Part shown: piece after piece, positions 56,468 to 64,000 of the stretch
Position numbering within the stretch: position 1 is the stretch's first letter
How the letters are laid out: every line of letters starts with the position of its first letter
NCBI GenBank assembly: GCA_964622505.1
Contig: CAZUQJ010000001.1
Coordinates: 44,240-108,239 of the forward strand
Length of the DNA stretch: 64,000 nucleotides
DNA from: an uncultured Candidatus Saccharibacteria bacterium
GTDB lineage: Bacteria > Patescibacteriota > Minisyncoccia > Phycocordibacterales > UBA9973
Reading direction: 5' to 3'
The notes under the pieces: generated by a model
What the model saw: the letters and a program-made list of their open reading frames with translations, nothing else
What the model was told of the DNA's origin: nothing
Databases searched by the model: none
Position numbers and translations under genes: made by a program

Positions 56468-56728
56468 ATGGCAAAGAAATTATACGTTGGTGGTCTTCCT
56501 TACAAGACAACCAATGACGAGCTCAAAGCTCACTTTGAAGCGGCAGGTCCTGTCGAATCAGCAACTATTATCATGGATAAGATGACAAACCGATCAAAAG
56601 GTTTTGGATTCGTAGAAATGGTAAATGATGCAGACGCAGATAATGCTATCTCAATGTTTAACGGCAAAGATTTCGATGGTCGAAATCTAACTGTGAACGA
56701 AGCACGCCCAATGGCTCCAAGAGCATAA
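56468..56728 (+). CDS. RRM-type RNA-binding protein
   Basis: RNP-2 LYVGGL and RNP-1 KGFGFVEM motifs. Confidence 0.85.
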   Translation: MAKKLYVGGLPYKTTNDELKAHFEAAGPVESATIIMDKMTNRSKGFGFVEMVNDADADNAISMFNGKDFDGRNLTVNEARPMAPRA

Positions 56729-56732
56729 GGTA

Positions 56733-56775
56733 AAATGAAAATCCCCGCATATAAAAGTGCGGGGATTTTCATTTG
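56733..56775 (+). terminator. Rho-independent terminator
   Basis: AATGAAAATCCCCGCA-N8-TGCGGGGATTTTCATTT. Confidence 0.6.
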
Positions 56776-56846
56776 CTAAAGAGTGTTATTTTTGCTATAT
56801 TTTAGGTGCCCAAGGAGAATGGGTAGTTATTTTTGTGTAAAAGTTT

Positions 56847-56918
56847 GAGCGTGTAGTTCAGTGGTAGAACGCTGTCCTGATAAGACAGAGGTCGATGGTC
56901 CGATTCCATCCACGCTCA
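56847..56918 (+). tRNA. tRNA-Ile (anticodon GAU)
   Basis: Acceptor GAGCGUG/CACGCUC, D-arm GUUC-AGUGGUA-GAAC, anticodon arm CUGUC-CUGAUAA-GACAG (GAU), T-arm GAUGG-UCCGAUU-CCAUC, A73, no CCA. Confidence 0.8.
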
Positions 56919-56919
56919 C

Positions 56920-57195
56920 ATGGATATAAAAAATCCAAAAAAAGAAACATGGTGGATGCCAGCGGCAATACTATTTGCTCGGATGTCGTTTTGGATAGCA
57001 GGGCCAGTTATCATAGCTTTGTTTTTAGGTAAGTATTTAGATACACGTTTTAGTTCAGAACCCAGAATTTTTATACTTTGTACCGTAATTGCATTTTTAA
57101 TATCAACAATTTCTATAGTTAGAATTTCAAAAAAATATATAAAAAAGTTAGAGATAGAGGCCAAACAAAAAAATGTCAACACAACCAGTCAATAA
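56920..57195 (+). CDS. AtpI/AtpZ-like small membrane protein preceding atpB
   Basis: 91 aa, two TM helices, position at the head of the ATP synthase operon. Confidence 0.45.
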   Translation: MDIKNPKKETWWMPAAILFARMSFWIAGPVIIALFLGKYLDTRFSSEPRIFILCTVIAFLISTISIVRISKKYIKKLEIEAKQKNVNTTSQ

Positions 57196-58138
57196 TGGAA
57201 TAAATCACAAGAACCTTGAAACAACCACTGCTCAAGAAGTGGCAAATGGCGGTCATGAAGAAATTTCTCACGAGGCAACTTTGTATGCCGAGCCGATTGC
57301 TCACATAGGATCGTTTACTATCACTAATGCTCTTTTTACTAGTTGGATTGTTGTGCTTATTATTATTGCACTTGCTATCGCAATAAGAGTAAAAATAAAG
57401 AAAATTCCAAAAGGTATCCAAAACTTTTTTGAAATCATTTTAGAGGGTGCTACTAACTTGTGTGATCAGGTTACAAATGACCGCAAGATTACCAACAAGG
57501 CTTTTCCCATAGTTTTTGCCATTTTTTTGTTTGTGCTTATAAATAATTGGATGGGTATATTGCCACTTGGAGGATTCGGTCTGATTGAAATGACAGACCA
57601 TGGCAAAGCCTTTATCCCACTTATACGTAGCGGAACTGCAGATATCAATGGCACACTACCTCTTGCTATACTCTCTGTTTTAGGGGCAAATTTGTTTGGA
57701 GTGATATCAATCGGTCTATGGAAAACTTTCAACAAATATGTTAATCTGAAGGCGTTGGGAGGGATATTTACAAAAGTTCGCAAAGATCCAATGGTCTTGT
57801 TGACTGCTCCTATAATGGTTTTCGTTAGTGCATTGGAACTTATCGGTGAATTTGCAAAGATTGCATCGCTATCATTCCGTCTATTCGGTAATGTATTTGC
57901 TGGCGAAGTATTGCTTGCTTCAATGGCTGCTGTTATGGCATATCTTGTCCCAACACCATTCCTATTATTGGAGGTTTTTGTAGGAGTTATACAAGCATTT
58001 ATATTCTCTATCCTAACGCTTGTTTATTACACAATTGCTTCTCAAGACCACGATGAACATGATGAACACAAAGAGCACTCCGAACACACCACACATGAAG
58101 AGGTAACAGATATTCCTAAATTGGCAGAATCACATTAA
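57173..58138 (+). CDS. atpB: F0F1 ATP synthase subunit a, with N-terminal extension and His/Glu/Asp-rich C-terminal tail
   Basis: Conserved Arg in SLSFRLFGNVFAGE; tail DHDEHDEHKEHSEHTTHEEV. Confidence 0.85.
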   Translation: MSTQPVNNGINHKNLETTTAQEVANGGHEEISHEATLYAEPIAHIGSFTITNALFTSWIVVLIIIALAIAIRVKIKKIPKGIQNFFEIILEGATNLCDQVTNDRKITNKAFPIVFAIFLFVLINNWMGILPLGGFGLIEMTDHGKAFIPLIRSGTADINGTLPLAILSVLGANLFGVISIGLWKTFNKYVNLKALGGIFTKVRKDPMVLLTAPIMVFVSALELIGEFAKIASLSFRLFGNVFAGEVLLASMAAVMAYLVPTPFLLLEVFVGVIQAFIFSILTLVYYTIASQDHDEHDEHKEHSEHTTHEEVTDIPKLAESH

Positions 58139-58160
58139 TTTAGAGGTCAAACATTATTAG

Positions 58161-58403
<243 letters not shown>

Positions 58404-58493
58404 TATCGCTACTGACATCTAGCAACTAGGATCTCTATCAACTAGCGGCTAGGAGTTAGGAGCGAATATTTTAAAAATTAAAATTTTATCACC

Positions 58494-58985
58494 ATGGATT
58501 CATTTATTTCAACATTTCACATAGACTGGAAGATCATAATTGCTCAAGCAATCAACTTTATAATTGTGCTTTTGGTTTTATATTTCTTGGCTATCAAACC
58601 GTTAAAAAAGGTAATGTCCGAGCGTACCATGACTATAGATAAGGGTCTGGCAGACGCAAAGGAAAATGCTTTGATGATTGAAAAGTCCAAACAAGAATAC
58701 GAAAAAACAATCGCCGAGGCCAAGCAAGAAGCCCATGAATTATTTCAAGTAGGTAAAAAGGAGGCGGAAGAAAAGAAAGCTCTGATGCTTGAAGAGGCAA
58801 AAACTACTGTAGAAAATATGGTTGCAAACGGTAAGAAAGCGCTCGAAGCCGAAAAAGCAAAAATGGTAGACGAAGCTAAAGCTGAGATTGTGTCATTGGT
58901 GGTAAAAGCGACAGAGAAATTGTTGGAGCAAACTGGCGACACTAAACTCGACGAGAAGCTAGCAAAGCAAGTAAAGAATATTTAA
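58494..58985 (+). CDS. atpF: F0F1 ATP synthase subunit b
   Basis: N-terminal TM then long charged coiled coil. Confidence 0.8.
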   Translation: MDSFISTFHIDWKIIIAQAINFIIVLLVLYFLAIKPLKKVMSERTMTIDKGLADAKENALMIEKSKQEYEKTIAEAKQEAHELFQVGKKEAEEKKALMLEEAKTTVENMVANGKKALEAEKAKMVDEAKAEIVSLVVKATEKLLEQTGDTKLDEKLAKQVKNI

Positions 58986-58986
58986 T

Positions 58987-59397
58987 ATGGCCACTTTAAA
59001 GAACAACGATATCGCATACGCAATTCATCACGCAACTGTCGACAAGGCAGGAGCTGATCTTCGCATTGCAATATCCAATTCTGCAAAATTTTTATTACGA
59101 CACAAACTTAATAGCAAAAGACGAGATATCGTTTTTCATAAATTACACGAAATACAAAACAAAGAATCCAAAATCGTCGAAGCCAAAATTTTTAGTAAAA
59201 ACAAACTTAGTCACAAAAGTATTCAAGAGATTAAAGAGTTCTTAGAAAAAAGATACAAAGCTGAAACCATAGAATTAGAAGAGGGAGTTGATGAGGGTTT
59301 AATTGGAGGGATGAAGATACAAGTGGGAGACGACATTATAGACGCTACACTTTCAAATCAATTGGATCAATTACAAAAACATTTACTACGAAATTAA
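58987..59397 (+). CDS. atpH: F0F1 ATP synthase subunit delta (short form, 136 aa)
   Basis: C-terminal LIGGMKIQVGDDIIDATLSNQLDQL matches the delta/OSCP C-terminus; position between b and alpha. Confidence 0.7.
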   Translation: MATLKNNDIAYAIHHATVDKAGADLRIAISNSAKFLLRHKLNSKRRDIVFHKLHEIQNKESKIVEAKIFSKNKLSHKSIQEIKEFLEKRYKAETIELEEGVDEGLIGGMKIQVGDDIIDATLSNQLDQLQKHLLRN

Positions 59398-59400
59398 TAT

Positions 59401-60903
59401 ATGAAAAAGAACACAATTATAGACAATTTAAGAAAAGAGATCGAGAACTTCAGTATGGATATGAAGGTAGAAAAGGTGGGCAAAGTGGTAGAAGTTTTTG
59501 ACGGTATTGCAAAAGTGTCTGGACTCTCTGATATCAAAGCTTCCGAAATGGTCACATTCGCCGGTGGGGAAACAGGTGTGGCATTGAACCTCGAAGAGGA
59601 TTCTGTTGGTATCATCATTTTGTCAGACTTTTCAAAGATCAAAGAAGGTGACGAAGTCCGCGCAACAGGCAAGATCTTGGAAGTCCCTGTTGCCGATGCC
59701 CAAATCGGCCGTGTGCTCAACGCTCTCGGTATGCCAATAGATGGCAAAGGTGCGATCAAGACAGACAAGACAAATCCTATCGAAAAAGTTGCTCCAGGTG
59801 TGGTAACTCGCAAGAGTGTGGACCAACCAGTGCAAACTGGTATCAAAGCTATCGACGCTATTATTCCAATCGGCCGTGGACAGCGTGAGCTTATCATTGG
59901 TGATCGCCAAACAGGAAAGACTGCGATCGCTATCGATGCGATTTTGAACCAAAAAGGCCAGAATATGATCTGTGTGTACGTTTCTATCGGTCAAAAGGAT
60001 TCCAAGCTTCGCAAACTCCAAGCACGTCTGGAAGAAGGGGGTGCGATGGATTACACAATCATCGTTTCTGCAGGTGCGTCCGAACCATCACCATTGGCAT
60101 ACATCGCTCCATATACAGGTGTTGCGATCGCTGAATATTTTATGGATCAAGGTAAGGATGTGCTGATCATTTACGATGATCTTTCCAAACACGCTGTAGC
60201 GTACCGCGAAATTTCACTTCTACTTCGTCGTCCACCAGGCCGTGAAGCTTATCCTGGAGATGTCTTCTACTTGCACTCAAGATTGCTTGAACGTGCTTGC
60301 CGACGCAATGCCGACTACGGTGGTGGATCAATCACAGCCTTGCCGATTATCGAAACTCAAGCGGGCGATATTTCTGCGTACATTCCGACCAACGTGATCT
60401 CGATTACTGACGGACAAATTTTCTTGGAAACTGATTTGTTCTACAAAGGTATCCGCCCTGCGGTAAACGTCGGATTCTCTGTGTCTCGCGTGGGATCAAG
60501 TGCCCAGATCAAAGCCATGAAGAAAGTTGCCGGAACGCTCAAGCTCGACTTGGCGCAATTCCGCGAACTCGAAGCCTTTGCGCAATTCGGATCAGATCTT
60601 GACGATGCAACCAAGCGCCAATTGGAACGTGGCAAGCGTGCAGTGGAAGTCCTCAAACAACCTCAATACTCTCCAGTGATTGTTGAACACCAAGTGGCTG
60701 TATTGTACGCACTTGTAAAAGGCTACATGGATGACATAGCAATCGACAAAATCAAAGAATTTGAAACAGGTTTGGTTGAATACACTGAGCGTGCAGTACC
60801 AGCATTCTTTAAAGAAGTAAAAGAAAAAGGTATGTACTCTGAGGAGTCCGAAGAAGTATTTAAAAAGTCATTAGCGGATTTCAAAACAGGATTTGTAAAA
60901 TAA
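59401..60903 (+). CDS. atpA: F0F1 ATP synthase subunit alpha
   Basis: P-loop [11 protein letters not shown] and overall alpha signature. Confidence 0.95.
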   Translation: MKKNTIIDNLRKEIENFSMDMKVEKVGKVVEVFDGIAKVSGLSDIKASEMVTFAGGETGVALNLEEDSVGIIILSDFSKIKEGDEVRATGKILEVPVADAQIGRVLNALGMPIDGKGAIKTDKTNPIEKVAPGVVTRKSVDQPVQTGIKAIDAIIPIGRGQRELIIGDRQTGKTAIAIDAILNQKGQNMICVYVSIGQKDSKLRKLQARLEEGGAMDYTIIVSAGASEPSPLAYIAPYTGVAIAEYFMDQGKDVLIIYDDLSKHAVAYREISLLLRRPPGREAYPGDVFYLHSRLLERACRRNADYGGGSITALPIIETQAGDISAYIPTNVISITDGQIFLETDLFYKGIRPAVNVGFSVSRVGSSAQIKAMKKVAGTLKLDLAQFRELEAFAQFGSDLDDATKRQLERGKRAVEVLKQPQYSPVIVEHQVAVLYALVKGYMDDIAIDKIKEFETGLVEYTERAVPAFFKEVKEKGMYSEESEEVFKKSLADFKTGFVK

Positions 60904-60915
60904 AAATTAATCAGG

Positions 60916-61848
60916 ATGGCAAGTACAAAAGAAATCAAATCACGAATAAAGAGTGTCAAGAACACAAAAAAGATCACCAAGGCTATGGAACTTGTTGCTG
61001 CTTCCAAAATGAAGCGCGCGGTTTCTTCGACTTTGGCATCTCGTTTGTATGCTGAGTATTCATGGGAGATTTTGACTTCGATTGCAAATAGTACAGAGGA
61101 GATTTCGCACCCACTTTTTGTACAACGCCCTGTTAAAAATATTTTACTTGTGCTGATTACTTCTAACCGTGGTCTCTGTGGCGCCTACAATGCTCAAGTG
61201 ATAAAGAAATCCCTAGCTTTACTCTCAAACGTAGGTGTTGGACACCTACATAAGGAGGTGTTGGACACCTACAATATAGATACTATTACGATAGGTCGCA
61301 AAGGTGACACTGCAATGCGCCGAATTGGACGTAATGTCATTGCAAGCTTTACCGAATTGCCAGATACAATCAAGCTTGCCGATATAGTGCCAGCGTCGTC
61401 AATGATTATAGATGAATACGCAAGTGGTCGTTATGACAAAGTCCTCGTGGCTTACACCGATTTCGTTTCAGCATTAACTCAAAAGCCAAACATCAAACAA
61501 ATCCTCCCAATTTCAAAAGAGCAGATTAAAGAATTAATAGATACAGTAGGTGAGAATGTTGATAACAAAGAAGAAATTCCTAAAGCCCACATTGACTACA
61601 CTTTTGAAGGTGATCAGGAAGCACTACTCAAATCATTGGCCGAGAAGTTGTCACGAATGCAGATCTACCAAATGCTCCTTGAATCCAATGCCTCCGAGCA
61701 GTCATCGAGAATGGTAGCGATGAAAAACGCATCAGATGCTGCAGGAGAAATGATAGATGATCTGACATTAGTATTCAACAAAGCCCGCCAAGCGTCGATC
61801 ACACAAGAAATATCAGAAATCAGCGCCGGTATGGCAAGTGTAAGTTAA
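60916..61848 (+). CDS. atpG: F0F1 ATP synthase subunit gamma (carries the 48-bp palindromic insertion)
   Basis: ITKAMELVAASKMKRA N-terminus, NRGLCGAYN, C-terminal ITQEISEI; insertion NVGVGHLHKEVLDTYN. Confidence 0.9.
   Translation: MASTKEIKSRIKSVKNTKKITKAMELVAASKMKRAVSSTLASRLYAEYSWEILTSIANSTEEISHPLFVQRPVKNILLVLITSNRGLCGAYNAQVIKKSLALLSNVGVGHLHKEVLDTYNIDTITIGRKGDTAMRRIGRNVIASFTELPDTIKLADIVPASSMIIDEYASGRYDKVLVAYTDFVSALTQKPNIKQILPISKEQIKELIDTVGENVDNKEEIPKAHIDYTFEGDQEALLKSLAEKLSRMQIYQMLLESNASEQSSRMVAMKNASDAAGEMIDDLTLVFNKARQASITQEISEISAGMASVS
61228..61275 (+). repeat. 48-bp twin-hairpin palindromic element inserted in-frame in atpG (copy 2 of 2)
   Basis: AACGTAGGTGTTGGACACCTAC-ATAAGGAG-GTGTTGGACACCTACAAT; identical to the murE copy except that both hairpin loops are flipped (CCAA to TTGG). 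Confidence 0.6.
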
Positions 61849-61852
61849 TTAT

Positions 61853-62035
61853 ATGAAATATTTTTTATACACAATTATATTTATACTTTTCGCATCAATC
61901 TTTTTCCCAATTATTCCGATAATGGATAAAGGCCCACGTTGCATTTGCAGTAACATAGGTCCATGTCCGAGTTGCGATGAACCTATGCTGATATTAGAAA
62001 CATTACCCCGAATAGTTTATAAACTTACTCATTAA
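61853..62035 (+). CDS. small Cys-containing membrane protein inserted between atpG and atpD
   Basis: 60-aa ORF, one TM plus CxC...CPSC; fills the gamma-beta intergenic gap. Confidence 0.3.
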   Translation: MKYFLYTIIFILFASIFFPIIPIMDKGPRCICSNIGPCPSCDEPMLILETLPRIVYKLTH

Positions 62036-62056
62036 AATTATTATTAACATTATTAA

Positions 62057-63418
<1,362 letters not shown>

Positions 63419-63423
63419 AAACA

Positions 63424-63867
63424 ATGTCAACAAAATTAGAATTAAAAATAGTCACCCCAGAGCGATTGATTCTCCAAGAAATGGTAGATCAAGTGACTTT
63501 GCCGACAGAAAATGGTGAGATCACAATCCTTCCAGGACATATTCCTTTGATTTCAGGATTGGCATCGGGCGATATTGTGGCCATGACTGATGGCGAATAT
63601 GTGCCAATGGCTGTATCTGGTGGATTTATTGAGGTAAAAAAGGAAGGGGAGAAAACTTTTGTAGCCATTCTTGCCGATTTCGCCGAACATGTAAGTAATA
63701 TTACTGATGAAGAAATTGTCAAAGCAAAAGCCAAAGCCGAAGAGCTTCGAAAACTCGCACTCGACAAAGGCACAGTGGATTACGAACACTTTGCAGTCGA
63801 ACTTGAACGTTCACTGACAAGAGTCAAAATTGCTGATAAATGGAAGAGTAAAAAATATAGAAAATAA
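63424..63867 (+). CDS. atpC: F0F1 ATP synthase subunit epsilon
   Basis: N-terminal beta-sandwich LKIVTPE..., C-terminal helical hairpin. Confidence 0.85.
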   Translation: MSTKLELKIVTPERLILQEMVDQVTLPTENGEITILPGHIPLISGLASGDIVAMTDGEYVPMAVSGGFIEVKKEGEKTFVAILADFAEHVSNITDEEIVKAKAKAEELRKLALDKGTVDYEHFAVELERSLTRVKIADKWKSKKYRK

Positions 63868-63884
63868 TTTGAGTAGATAGCAAG

Positions 63885-63926
63885 AAAGGGTAAACATACA
63901 TTTTATAGTAGTTTACCCTTTTTTGA
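63885..63926 (+). terminator. Rho-independent terminator ending the atp operon
   Basis: AAAGGGTAAAC-N14-GTTTACCCTTTTTT. Confidence 0.6.
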
Positions 63927-64000
63927 TTTAATTGTATTGATATGCCAATACTCCAATTTTTTCAGATATTATGCATTTTTCAATTTCATTTTGAAGCATT

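Overview
This window is a low-GC, gene-dense bacterial chromosomal segment. Its reduced housekeeping content looks like a small-genome, Patescibacteria/CPR-like lineage; that assignment is my inference from gene content and organisation (short gamma-only dnaX, split transketolase, short ATP-synthase delta, several leaderless promoters).

Core genes, in order:
- dus C-terminal fragment.
- Pyrimidine cluster pyrC-carA-carB, then a hypothetical, then an ArsR-family regulator flanked by two matching palindromes, then pyrB.
- A VOC (glyoxalase-like) protein, dnaX and tRNA-Gln.
- A split cell-envelope cluster: murE, a Cys-rich zinc-ribbon protein, murD, an alpha/beta hydrolase and murC, followed by a PBP2-like transpeptidase, greA and lysS.
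- The dcw block mraZ-rsmH-ftsL-ftsI-murF, preceded by a phased GTGGGA MraZ-box array.
- tRNA-Glu, prs, obg, gatB, a pnuC interrupted by an in-frame TGA, gap and dapF.
- Pentose-phosphate genes rpiB, rpe and a split tkt, then a PfkB kinase, a FAD oxidase, L25, a lytic-transglycosylase-domain protein, L31 and prfA.
- An RRM protein and tRNA-Ile, followed by a complete F1Fo ATP synthase operon atpI-like-BEFHAG-(small ORF)-DC.

Accessory-looking content is concentrated at about 31-37.4 kb: a Gly/Tyr-rich secreted protein, RmuC, an SF2 helicase with four tandem C-terminal ~54-aa repeats, a DEDDh exonuclease, a 432-aa Zn-finger/HhH-like protein, and a ~510-bp array of about 24 iteron-like 21-22-bp units.

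The most unusual observation is a 48-bp twin-hairpin palindromic element with a perfect Shine-Dalgarno core, inserted in the same reading frame in both murE and atpG.
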